Virus record (IMG/VR): IMGVR_UViG_3300016263_000623
Location: 1 to 38,912 of that record
Strand: one strand, 5' to 3'
DNA from: a virus
Lineage: Duplodnaviria; Caudoviricetes
DNA length: 38,912 nucleotides
Part shown: positions 1 through 8,506 of the stretch, piece after piece
How positions within the stretch are numbered: position 1 is the first letter of the stretch
How the letters are laid out: every line of letters starts with the position of its first letter
Program-made: the position numbers and the translations under genes
Notes under the pieces: model-generated
Database searches by the model: none
Told to the model about the DNA's origin: nothing
The model's input: the letters and a program-made list of their open reading frames with translations, nothing else

Positions 1-612
1 CCAGTTGATCGCGCCAAGCAAGACTTCGACGGCCATGAAGACGGGGTTCATGCCGCCCTGGACGACCGCCTCTCGATTGGCGTACCACGACGCCACAAGC
101 ATGAGGATGCAGTGACGCGCGGGCGTGGGCACGTTGGCGGAAGACGGGCCGTATCCGGCCCAGTACGTGATCACGACATCGTTCTCTGCCCCTCTCGCCG
201 ACGGCCACGAGCCGTTCCACTGCGGGCGAATGACCGCAGGCGTCGAGTCTCGGTCGACGCGGAAGTTTGTGTACGGCACCGGGAGATAGACGGCGTCGGA
301 CGGGATGTACGAGACCGTCACGTCACCGACTGCGATCGGGGGCTTTGGGAGTTCAATATCCCAGGACGGAAACACGTCCATCTTCATCTGCCACTGGGAC
401 AGAATCAGAGTCCGGTCGCTCACGGTCTCGACATGAATGCGAGCGGCCGAGATGAGAGACTGCAAGTAGAGATCGTCGTCCGTGAAGTCAGCGTCGATGC
501 GAAGGTGTGCCTTCGCATCGGAGATCGAGACTGGCTCGACCACAGGCTCCGTGATTCGCTTGAGAGAGCGATACCGGACGTTGCCACGCTGAACGAACTC
601 GTAAGACTTCAT
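1..612 (-). CDS. Head-tail connector protein (phiE125 gp8/HK97 gp6-like), 3' end runs off the window
   Basis: Not in the ORF track. Manual translation from ATG 612 (ATGA overlap with the upstream stop): MKSYEFVQRG...EPVSISDAKAHLRID..DDDLYLQSLISAARIHVE...ITYWAGYG...ILMLVASWYANREAV. These are typical gp6/gp8 motifs. Confidence 0.9.
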   Translation of the reverse strand, partial: MKSYEFVQRGNVRYRSLKRITEPVVEPVSISDAKAHLRIDADFTDDDLYLQSLISAARIHVETVSDRTLILSQWQMKMDVFPSWDIELPKPPIAVGDVTVSYIPSDAVYLPVPYTNFRVDRDSTPAVIRPQWNGSWPSARGAENDVVITYWAGYGPSSANVPTPARHCILMLVASWYANREAVVQGGMNPVFMAVEVLLGAINW

Positions 613-812
613 TTCTTCTGCTTGCGATCCAAGACTGCCCGCTCAACGGCCTGGACGGGCTTCTCAACGGCGTCCTCGATGTCCAGAGAGCGGCTCTCGT
701 GGCAGACCTCGGCGATGCCGTTGATGAGCCAGTTCCGGGCCGTCGGCTCGAAGACTTCGGCGACTTCGCCCTTCTTGTGATACGACCAGTCTTTCAGGAG
801 TCGAACTTTCAT
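609..812 (-). CDS. Small conserved phage head-region protein (67 aa)
   Basis: MKVRLLKDWSYHKKGEVAEV...ARNWLINGIAE. This type is often found between capsid and connector genes. Start is 4 nt after the upstream stop. Confidence 0.7.
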   Translation of the reverse strand: MKVRLLKDWSYHKKGEVAEVFEPTARNWLINGIAEVCHESRSLDIEDAVEKPVQAVERAVLDRKQKK

Positions 813-816
813 ACGA

Positions 817-1602
817 TCAACGAGCCTCACACTTTGCTGCATGCTCAGGAGAACCCCACGCCTCCGGTGGTCGCCGCCCGCCTGCTTGCCAGTAGTGATT
901 CGGGTACTGATGCACGGCCTTCAGTTGCTGATCCGGCCAGGTGATCACGAGTTCCGCGTGGCCGATCGAGACTTGAGGGCAGATCGCCAGGGTGTTGCCG
1001 CACTCCCGCCACTTCCGCCACATGTAAATGTCCGGATCGACGCGAGCCGTCTTGCCGTCGCCGGGCTCGACGTCCGCCCAGTCGCCGTCGGAGTTTGGCA
1101 CGCCCAGGAACCAGGGCTTCGGCATGCGGCGAAGAGCCGACGTCCGCAAGACGGTCAGGCCAAAGTGAGCGCTGTCCACGGGCTGGACTGGCTTTTCCCA
1201 CCACTCCAGAGGCAAGGTGATCTTGCTGTCGTGGTCTCCGGACATGCCCTTGGGCGTGAACATCAATTTCTGGTCATCACGCTTCGTCTGAAGCGGAGCC
1301 ACGGCGTCGTATCCAGACAAGAGAGCAGCCGACACGAGCCGCGAGATGCACTCGGGCTCGTATACGGAGTCGTAATCCATCGTGATGATGAAGTCATATC
1401 CGGCCTCCTCACGACTCAAGTCCGTGAGAATCCGAGACATCACTTGATCCCAGAATGCCCCGGTGCCTTTCGTGAGCGGGATGCCGAACTGAGAGAAGGC
1501 TTGAATGGAACAATAATAATTGTCCATAAAGCCTAATCGCGGGACCGAGATGGCACCCGCGATTCGGACATCATGTTCTACGTTGCCGACGATAACTCGC
1601 AT
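817..1602 (-). CDS. Glycosyltransferase, GT-A/family 2-like (261 aa)
   Basis: DxD motif in FIITMDYDS, plus HFGLTVLRTSALRRMPKPWF, DIYMWRKW and IGH motifs typical of phage GT2-like proteins. Start revised to ATG 1602, since the longer track ORF overlaps the upstream gene. Confidence 0.7.
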   Translation of the reverse strand: MRVIVGNVEHDVRIAGAISVPRLGFMDNYYCSIQAFSQFGIPLTKGTGAFWDQVMSRILTDLSREEAGYDFIITMDYDSVYEPECISRLVSAALLSGYDAVAPLQTKRDDQKLMFTPKGMSGDHDSKITLPLEWWEKPVQPVDSAHFGLTVLRTSALRRMPKPWFLGVPNSDGDWADVEPGDGKTARVDPDIYMWRKWRECGNTLAICPQVSIGHAELVITWPDQQLKAVHQYPNHYWQAGGRRPPEAWGSPEHAAKCEAR

Positions 1603-1636
1603 GTAAACCCAAGCCTCTTGATGGAGTAAACAAAGA

Positions 1637-1686
1637 GGCGGCTTGGGCATCCATGCCCAGTCAAGACCATCCGTGGATGAGCCGCC
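1637..1686 (-). promoter_or_regulatory. Branched RNA structure with two CAnGGAnG (CsrA/RsmA-type) hairpins, followed by a U-rich tail (possible terminator/attenuator)
   Basis: Minus strand: closing stem GGCGGCT...AGCCGCC encloses CCA-CGGA-TGG and GGGCA-TGGA-TGCCC, followed by TCTTTGTTT. Confidence 0.5.
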
Positions 1687-1715
1687 CGTAGTTTGGCTCC
1701 CCCCCGAAACTTGCC

Positions 1716-2150
1716 TCAACCGCTCACGAAAGCGTCGACACCAGCAGCGTTCTTCTCGGTCGGCATCTCTTCCAACTTCGAGAGCCGAGCCACCGTCGCA
1801 ACGGCAGCAGGCTGGCCCGGAGTGGTGACGACCGTGAGGTAACGCTTCTTGCCGCGACAATCGACGTTGAACCGAGCCACAGCACCGTTCACGCCGACGC
1901 CGGTCGTCCGACCGGCACCAGCCACAACGGAGAGGCCAGGGACGTCGACTTGGCCGCTGCCAGCCGTGTCGCTCTGCTGCACCTTCAGCACCGTGGCGTA
2001 CGAGGCCGCCGCAGCGGTGAAGTTGCTGTACACAACGTCAACCGACACGTAGTCGGCACCGTAGGTGTCGATCTCGTGACTGTGGGTCGCGTTCACGGCC
2101 ACGCTCGTCGAAATCCTTGCAGAAGTCTTCGTACCTTCGAGATGATTCAC
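1716..2150 (-). CDS. Putative capsid cement/decoration protein (144 aa)
   Basis: Lies immediately after the major capsid gene. Beta-rich, with EIDT..., KVQQSD and KKRYLTV motifs. GGAG SD before the GTG. Confidence 0.6.
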   Translation of the reverse strand: MNHLEGTKTSARISTSVAVNATHSHEIDTYGADYVSVDVVYSNFTAAAASYATVLKVQQSDTAGSGQVDVPGLSVVAGAGRTTGVGVNGAVARFNVDCRGKKRYLTVVTTPGQPAAVATVARLSKLEEMPTEKNAAGVDAFVSG

Positions 2151-2199
2151 GTTTCAGATTCTCCAGTCAGGGGTTTCAGGGTGAGTGTGTCCGTACTTA

Positions 2200-3696
2200 T
2201 CACGAAGCAGCAGTCTTGAGAGCCACGACCGGACCAGCCTTCGTGTTGTCGCCGCAGTCAGCGGTGACGCAGTCGAAGCGGCTCGTCGCAACGATCAGAG
2301 TCTGATCGAGTTCCGCGTAGCGGTCGGTCGAGGTCTTCAGCGTCATGCCCCGGCGAGTCGCGTAGTACGAACTCATCGAGAGGTCACCGAAGAGGAACTT
2401 CACAACACCGGGGTCGGCACCCACCGCGCTCGAAAGTGTGTGGACGAAGACCACCGGATATCCGAGCAGCCGCATCTCAGCGCCAGCCGCGAGGTTCGCG
2501 GCAGTGTTGCCGCCCGAGAGGCCCACGTTGTTAACCAGACCGAGACGCTGCACGCTGGCGGCGAACACGGCCGGATTCACGAACCACTTGGCGTTGGCAC
2601 GGGCATACAGCGGGAGTCGGCCAGCCGTGGCGATCAGATCGTCCACGTCCAGAGTCAGAGCCCCGGTGTTGCCGGTCGCAGCCGTCACGACGCCAGCCGT
2701 GTGGGTGCCGTCGTTGATCTTGGTGGCTACGCCGATCATCGAGCCGTGGTCCCCGCTGCCGTTGCCGACAAAGCCCACGGTATCGATGAGTTCGGCCAGC
2801 GACCGGGCGATCTCGCCCGTGATGTAGTCTCCAAGATTCAGCACGGAGTCTTCCAAAATCTCCGAACTCATCCGGTTCGAGACCGCGACCTTGCGGCAGA
2901 CGAGTTGCACCCGATCCCACGACGCATCGCTGTCCGGAATCGTGCTATTCTCTCCGACGAAGTACGCCTTCAAACCGCCAGTCCGACGAGGAATAACGAG
3001 CGTATCGGACTTCATCTGGAGGTTGCGAGCGTGAGCGGGATAGGCCCCGTACGTCTCGACCAGAACGATCACCTCGTTCAGCACCTCTTCCGCAGTAAAG
3101 ATTCCGCCAGCCGAGTTGATGCCCTCGCTCAGGGCGCGGCTGTCGACCACGCCGTGATCAGCACACCACCGAGCGGCGTTCTGATCCTTGAGCAGCGTAG
3201 CCCGATAGAACTGACCGGCCCGATAAGCACGCTCCTCGGCGTTCTGGCCCTTGAAGTTCTTCAGACGACCGGCACCCGGCAGATTGTGGTAGATCGACAC
3301 AGACCGGCCCTCCTTGGCCTTGGGGTAAGCGACCGCCGAATCCGTGGCGGGCGTAGACTTGTCGAGGACCGCCCGGAGTTCCAACTCCTTGGCAGCAACG
3401 CCCTCGTAGAACTTGATCTTCTCGCGGAGTTTCTCCGCACGCTCGCAGAGGCAGCGGAGTTTCTTCTCCTTCTCCTCGTCCTCGGGCATCGCACCCTCGG
3501 CGTCCTCGACGCCCTCGGGCTTGTAGCCCTTCTCCTCGACGTCGTCCTCTTCCATCTCCTCGTCCTCGCCCTCGCCCTCAACGGGCGGAACGGTCTCGGC
3601 ACGCTCGTCAGACGCCTCGTCCTGAAGGGCGCCCATCTCAGCCAGCACAGCGGCGAGTTCGTCGAGAAGAGACTTGATCTTGGCGGACGATTCCAT
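2200..3696 (-). CDS. Major capsid protein, HK97 family, with a long delta domain (498 aa)
   Basis: SR|ALSEGINSAGGIFTAEE, AYFVGEN, SSEILEDS, LLGYPVV, FGDLS and RFDC motifs. Start at ATG 3696 with AAGGA upstream. Confidence 0.95.
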   Translation of the reverse strand: MESSAKIKSLLDELAAVLAEMGALQDEASDERAETVPPVEGEGEDEEMEEDDVEEKGYKPEGVEDAEGAMPEDEEKEKKLRCLCERAEKLREKIKFYEGVAAKELELRAVLDKSTPATDSAVAYPKAKEGRSVSIYHNLPGAGRLKNFKGQNAEERAYRAGQFYRATLLKDQNAARWCADHGVVDSRALSEGINSAGGIFTAEEVLNEVIVLVETYGAYPAHARNLQMKSDTLVIPRRTGGLKAYFVGENSTIPDSDASWDRVQLVCRKVAVSNRMSSEILEDSVLNLGDYITGEIARSLAELIDTVGFVGNGSGDHGSMIGVATKINDGTHTAGVVTAATGNTGALTLDVDDLIATAGRLPLYARANAKWFVNPAVFAASVQRLGLVNNVGLSGGNTAANLAAGAEMRLLGYPVVFVHTLSSAVGADPGVVKFLFGDLSMSSYYATRRGMTLKTSTDRYAELDQTLIVATSRFDCVTADCGDNTKAGPVVALKTAAS

Positions 3697-3791
3697 TCGT
3701 TCTGTTCCTTGGTCTCGTGGTGAGTTGTTCCTGCCGCGTGTAACGACAGGATTCAACTTACGAGACGAAGAACAGAGACCCGAAGAGACTT

Positions 3792-3812
3792 AAAGTTGTG
3801 TCACACAACTTT
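3792..3812. promoter_or_regulatory. 21-bp palindrome (operator-like) upstream of the capsid gene
   Basis: AAAGTTGTGT-C-ACACAACTTT, perfect 10-bp arms around a single central base. Confidence 0.5.
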
Positions 3813-3974
3813 TTCGCGTCGCCACGAACGGCTGGCTGAGACGACTGAACGGGCCTGTGCGCCGCATGCGCTGCACTTCAGATAGCGAACCTGATATTCG
3901 CCGCATGGCTTGCTCGTGCGAGTGGTCATGCGACCGCGACCGCACATCCGACATTTATCGCCGCTTTGTGTCAT
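3801..3974 (-). CDS. Small zinc-ribbon protein, Ogr/Delta-like (57 aa)
   Basis: Below the track cutoff. MTQSGDKCRMCGRGRMTTRTSKPCGEYQVRYLKCSACG..., two CxxC pairs. TGATG overlap with the upstream stop. Confidence 0.65.
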   Translation of the reverse strand: MTQSGDKCRMCGRGRMTTRTSKPCGEYQVRYLKCSACGAQARSVVSASRSWRREKVV

Positions 3975-5893
3975 CACTTCTTTTTCTTCAGGGAATCCAC
4001 CACGCCTTCTCCCATCGCGACTGCAACCGATGCAGACGTCGGGAGAACAACCGTCGCAACGAGCATGCCCGCAGCGTTGGCTGTGACTTGGAACCCCTTC
4101 CGGACAAGTTTCGCCACATACGAGGGCGACTTGGACTTCACGACGACGCTCACTTCTTTTGGGGAGTTCTCGTCGGCGATCTTCTTGACTTGAGCGATCT
4201 CGCTGCTGGACAGCGTGCCTGACTTACGTGCTGGCGTGATCGTGTACTTTGACTTGCCCATCTCGACGTCGAAGACTTTCTCGCCTTTGCTGTTGTTGAC
4301 GCGAAGCGTCAGTTTGCCGTCCTTGACCTTCGCGACAGACTTTGGCGAGCCACCGAGACGCTGCACAAGATCAGCGACTTGCTTTTCGCTCGTGCCGATC
4401 TCGTCGATCTTCTGCATGACTCGCGTGGGCTGCATGCTGTTGTCGTAGAGTCCCTTCACGGCACCGACGGCAGCACCGACGGCAGCGCCTTTGACGACAT
4501 ACGGCGGGAACGGCCCGACGGCGCCAGCAGCGACAGCAGCGCCCTTGATGGCGCCTTTTGCTGCACCCACGGCCGCGTCAGCGATCTTGCCGCCCGCGCA
4601 GGTGTTTCCCTTCTGGAATCCGCCTTCGCCGGTGCCACAGTTTCGCGACTGCGCGAACGCGAGCAGGCTAGCGTACCGATACTCCAGAGACTCGTCGGCG
4701 AACCCTCGCCACTCGGCGAGGTCGAGGTATGTGGTCAGTGCAAACTCGCAGAAGTCTTCATACGATCTCTGGCCTCGCTCCTTGGCTTTCTTGGAGCGTT
4801 CCAGCATTTTCTTATACCGCTGGTATCCCTGGCTGTTCTTGTCGCTGAAATCGAGAGTCAGATAGATGCTGCTCCCGTTTTTGGCCCACCACTTCTCGCC
4901 TGCTTTTGTGCTGATAAGGTCTTGAAGGGTGATCTTGCCAGTTTCGACGACCTTCTGGGCTACTTCCGGAGATAAGATCGGCGAGTCGGAAGCATCGTTG
5001 GCGTCCATGATCTGGTCTCGCAGCCTGCCCGGCAGGACAGCGTCAAATCCAAACCTTCCCCAAAGCCGATAACCCTGAAACGTAGAGTCGTTCTCGCTTC
5101 CGGCGGCATGCGTCTTGGCCTTAGAGACGCCTGCTTTTTCGGCCTCTTCGAGGGACGCGAGCATCTTGTCGATGATCATCGCGCCGAGGTGTCGCTCAGT
5201 GGCTGAGTCTCCGTGCTGCGAAGACTCTTTCTCTCGCTTGATTGCCAACTTCACGCTGTAGTCAACGCTGAACAAGCCGTACAGCGCGACTGGTGGGTCG
5301 TCGCCGTCCTTCTTGATCGCCACGTCGATTTCAGCCATGCCAACCGGGCGTTGTCCGGGCTGGGGCGTTCCGCCCATGTAGACAGGTGTTTTTGATTCGA
5401 TCGTCATCGTCTCGGACGTGACGACTACAGATGGGGAGTCTTCTGTAGGGCCAGAGCGACGGACTCGCTCAGAGTCCACGGTGATGTCGACTTCAGAGCC
5501 CTTGCCGTCGGCTGCGCCGAAGCGAACCATCGACGCGACGCTCTTGAAGCCTGCTTTCTTGGCAAAAGTCGTGACTTGCTTGGCGTTGTCGGCGCTGATC
5601 TTTTTGATGTCCGGAAGCCCAGGCAACGCACCTTCGTGCGACAGCGGGCGGTCGCGGCCCCAGGAGCCAGGGAAGCCGTTCGAGGTGTTGGATCGCGGCC
5701 CGCCAGCGACTGGGTGCGGACGAGGGCGAGGCTGGCTTGCTTCCGGTGAAGACTGCCCGTCAGCGGCGCACGTGTTGCCCGGCGCGAACTGCCCGGACTG
5801 TCTCCCGCAGTCCTCGCCCATGGGTAGAGTCAACTGCCGATCTCGCTCTTCAACGAAAGCAACGAGGTCGGCGTACATCGCCTGCAAACTCAT
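3974..5893 (-). CDS. 639-aa two-module polyprotein: GNAT-like module plus glycine-zipper module
   Basis: Two Cys-loop tags (5768-5809, 4598-4645). GYRLWGRFGFD/GEKWWAKNG module paralogous to four modules of the 2580-aa protein. AAVGAAKGAIKGAAVAAG...GAAVGAAVGAVKG zipper. ATGA-coupled to the protease gene. Confidence 0.85.
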   Translation of the reverse strand: MSLQAMYADLVAFVEERDRQLTLPMGEDCGRQSGQFAPGNTCAADGQSSPEASQPRPRPHPVAGGPRSNTSNGFPGSWGRDRPLSHEGALPGLPDIKKISADNAKQVTTFAKKAGFKSVASMVRFGAADGKGSEVDITVDSERVRRSGPTEDSPSVVVTSETMTIESKTPVYMGGTPQPGQRPVGMAEIDVAIKKDGDDPPVALYGLFSVDYSVKLAIKREKESSQHGDSATERHLGAMIIDKMLASLEEAEKAGVSKAKTHAAGSENDSTFQGYRLWGRFGFDAVLPGRLRDQIMDANDASDSPILSPEVAQKVVETGKITLQDLISTKAGEKWWAKNGSSIYLTLDFSDKNSQGYQRYKKMLERSKKAKERGQRSYEDFCEFALTTYLDLAEWRGFADESLEYRYASLLAFAQSRNCGTGEGGFQKGNTCAGGKIADAAVGAAKGAIKGAAVAAGAVGPFPPYVVKGAAVGAAVGAVKGLYDNSMQPTRVMQKIDEIGTSEKQVADLVQRLGGSPKSVAKVKDGKLTLRVNNSKGEKVFDVEMGKSKYTITPARKSGTLSSSEIAQVKKIADENSPKEVSVVVKSKSPSYVAKLVRKGFQVTANAAGMLVATVVLPTSASVAVAMGEGVVDSLKKKK

Positions 5894-8382
5894 CTCGATC
5901 GTTCCTTGAGAAACGCCAAGGTCTCGCGGACAACATCACGAGACCGCTTGTTCTTCTTCTTGGCGATCTCGGCGCTGGCTTTCTTGTAGGCTTCAGTCGC
6001 GTCGCCATCGAATGGGTACTTCTCAGTTTTGCTCCCGTCCGGGTGCTGGCCCTGCACGTAGCCCTTGTCGGTGCCAACTTGCTTCGTCGTCCACGGGAAG
6101 TCGTCACCCTTGCTCCATGTCTGGACTCCGCCGCCATCGTCGGACTTGCCGCCAGACTTGCCTCCGCGAGCCAACTGTCCTTCGCGGGCTTTGTCGATGA
6201 ACTCTTGGGCTTCTTTGTCTTTGCCCTTCTTCCATTCCATGAAGCCGCCGGATTCTTTCTTCTCTTTCGGGGGCTTAACTTTCGGGCTTCCGCTTTGGGG
6301 AGACTTCGGCCTGCCTCCGCCGCCTCCAGGCCGTGGCTTGTCTTGCTTCCCGCCGCCGCCGCCTTTGGGCTTGCTGCCGTCAGTCGCGGTGCATGAGTTG
6401 TCGATGCCTCCGCCTGGGCCTGTGGGGCAGAATCCGCGACGCTCTTGCAGGAACTCTTCGAGGCTTCGCTTAGACTTGCCGAGACGCTTCTTGGATGCTG
6501 CCTTCGCTTTTCCTTTCTTTGGTTTCTCTTTCTCCTGATGAGGGCCATTTCCGAAAATCGCGTCCGACACGGCGCCTTGAGCGCCAGAAATAGCGCTGTT
6601 GATTGCCGACTTTGCCTTGTAGGCCACCTTGTCAGCGGCACCTTTGATCGCGCCGATGGCGCCGCCCGCCAACGCACCGCCGACGGCGCCCGGAATGCCC
6701 CCAATGGCAACGCCCGCAGCCGCGCCGAGTGCCGCGCCCGCAGTGGCATTTCCAGAGACGGTTGGCTCATTGGGGTCGACAGGCTTTCGCTTTTCTGTCT
6801 CTGTCTTCTTGCTTGGTGCTGGCTTCTTCTTCTCGCTGCCGCCGCCCTTTCCACCAGCCACGCACGAGTTGTCGACGCCGCCGCCTGGGCCAGTCGGGCA
6901 GAACCCACGACGCTCCGCCAGGAACTTCTTCGTCTTCGCAAACTCCTCGGCGACCTTAGCCTTCATCTTGTTGCGAGATTCAGCGTGTCCAGACTTCTGA
7001 AACTGCTGATAACTTCTCTTGGCTACGGCAACAGTAGCATCTCCATACGCGGGGTAGGTCACTGGGCCGCAATCTAGGAGTGACTTGATTTTTGTTACAA
7101 GTCTCGTCGATCGGCCGCCCTCGTAACTCCACTTTTCCCCGCCCTCGGCGACCACGAAACTAAAGGACGATCCCTTCAGGTCGCCCCGGCGGCAGAGTTC
7201 TTCGATGTCCTTTCGAGACTCCGGCAGCAGGCACTCGTACCGCAAGCCCTTCTCGTCGACGGTCATCTTCATCGTCGTCGGGAAGCGGCCCAAGAGATGA
7301 TTGGGGTCGTGGTTGAACAAGCAGCGAGTTTCGAGCGGCCTCCCCTCGCCGTCCTGGCGTGTCTCGACAAGATCGAACGCGCCGGGGTCAATTCTCTCCA
7401 CGAAATCCCCGAGAAGCAACGAGTCTTTTCCAAAGCGGGCCGCATAGCCGATCAGGTAAGTCTGCGGCTGTCCGGTGGCCGGGTCGGCTCGCCTCTCGAC
7501 TCGAAGCAGATCGGGGTCGGCCTTCTCGACGTCACTGAAATTGCCAAGAAACCGACGCTCGACGTTGGGAAGCACTGGGACACTCCTTTGCTCGGGTGAA
7601 AAATACCGCTCGACAACCTCTCGCAACTCATCCGCGACAGGCTGTCGTTCCGGGTCTTCCTCGATTCGCTTCAGGCACTCCTCTTTCGGAGTGTCAATGT
7701 GGATGTACTCGACGGGAATGTCAGACAACTGGCCCTTCATGTCGTCGCTGACGTTGGTCGTGATGATCCAAGTCTTGTCGACCGACGGCTTATTCAGGGC
7801 CTTTTTGATGATAAGGTCTCGAATGTCGGTGCAGTAAGAGATGAGATTCTTGTTTTTCTGGTGCGGAGGCATGCCCGAGACGGCGGCCATCACCTTATTG
7901 AAGTCGAAGATCGCGTCGTTCTCGCCCTTGTGCTGCATCACATAAGAAGTCTTGCCGCTGGCGGGGGCGCCGTGGACGACGAAGACCTTCGGCTTGATGC
8001 CTTGCGTCGAGCCAAACGGCCGCAGGGACCGGCCTTCCTCCTCGTCGGCTGCGTTCATCTGCTCGACGACCTTGCGAGCGTACGCCCATCCGGCGTCGGA
8101 GCCCCAAAGACTCCAGGCGATGCGGCCGTTTGAGGGGAATCCATCGTCTCCGGGTTTCCAGCCATTGCCCTTCTTGTCGATCTCGTGCCGATCGAAGTAG
8201 GCCTTCATGCGACGCACTGTGGAGGGCGAGAGTTTAACTCCGTTCGCCAAGTCTCTCGCTCTGGCGATTCCAACAGCAGTGCCGCCTCGGCCATGCTCGC
8301 GACGCCACGCGAGGCCCTTCTCGGCTTCCTTGCGGACGCCCTCGGGAGGCGTGAAGTCGATGTGGGAGTATTTTTCAGGCAT
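5890..8382 (-). CDS. HK97-family prohead protease (S78) fused to an N-terminal conserved phage domain, a P-loop kinase domain and two Cys-tagged C-terminal modules (830 aa)
   Basis: Protease motifs GYAARF, ERIDPGAF, LFNHD, GSSFSF, VTYPAY (approx. 7010-7560). Walker A GAPASGKT. N-terminal RGGTAVGIARARDL...RMKAYFDRH...IAWSLWG domain. Start revised to ATG 8382. Confidence 0.9.
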   Translation of the reverse strand: MPEKYSHIDFTPPEGVRKEAEKGLAWRREHGRGGTAVGIARARDLANGVKLSPSTVRRMKAYFDRHEIDKKGNGWKPGDDGFPSNGRIAWSLWGSDAGWAYARKVVEQMNAADEEEGRSLRPFGSTQGIKPKVFVVHGAPASGKTSYVMQHKGENDAIFDFNKVMAAVSGMPPHQKNKNLISYCTDIRDLIIKKALNKPSVDKTWIITTNVSDDMKGQLSDIPVEYIHIDTPKEECLKRIEEDPERQPVADELREVVERYFSPEQRSVPVLPNVERRFLGNFSDVEKADPDLLRVERRADPATGQPQTYLIGYAARFGKDSLLLGDFVERIDPGAFDLVETRQDGEGRPLETRCLFNHDPNHLLGRFPTTMKMTVDEKGLRYECLLPESRKDIEELCRRGDLKGSSFSFVVAEGGEKWSYEGGRSTRLVTKIKSLLDCGPVTYPAYGDATVAVAKRSYQQFQKSGHAESRNKMKAKVAEEFAKTKKFLAERRGFCPTGPGGGVDNSCVAGGKGGGSEKKKPAPSKKTETEKRKPVDPNEPTVSGNATAGAALGAAAGVAIGGIPGAVGGALAGGAIGAIKGAADKVAYKAKSAINSAISGAQGAVSDAIFGNGPHQEKEKPKKGKAKAASKKRLGKSKRSLEEFLQERRGFCPTGPGGGIDNSCTATDGSKPKGGGGGKQDKPRPGGGGGRPKSPQSGSPKVKPPKEKKESGGFMEWKKGKDKEAQEFIDKAREGQLARGGKSGGKSDDGGGVQTWSKGDDFPWTTKQVGTDKGYVQGQHPDGSKTEKYPFDGDATEAYKKASAEIAKKKNKRSRDVVRETLAFLKERSR

Positions 8383-8506
8383 CTTTTTTCTTCTTGTCGA
8401 ACATCTTCTTCCAGAACTCAGGCACTTTGTTCCCGTCGATCTGCTCAAGTCTCTTGCGAATGCTTTCTATGCTTTCGTTTTTGTCTTTCTTCACGACCTG
8501 AGTCAT
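8375..8506 (-). CDS. Small basic protein (43 aa)
   Basis: MTQVVKKDKNESIESIRKRLEQIDGNKVPEFWKKMFDKKKKDA. ATGA overlap with the giant gene stop, and its own stop overlaps the protease start, so it exactly fills the gap. Confidence 0.55.
   Translation of the reverse strand: MTQVVKKDKNESIESIRKRLEQIDGNKVPEFWKKMFDKKKKDA

Noticed and set aside
1637-1686. tRNA-like cloverleaf
   Set aside because: Only 50 nt with two arms, and no T-loop (TTCG) or CCA. No tRNA or rRNA was recognised in the window.
5850-6941. 363-aa alternative-frame minus ORF, and similarly 14007-15353
   Set aside because: Arg/Ser/Ala-rich off-frame reads of GC-biased genes with no SD, unlike the nested ORF at 16661-16885.
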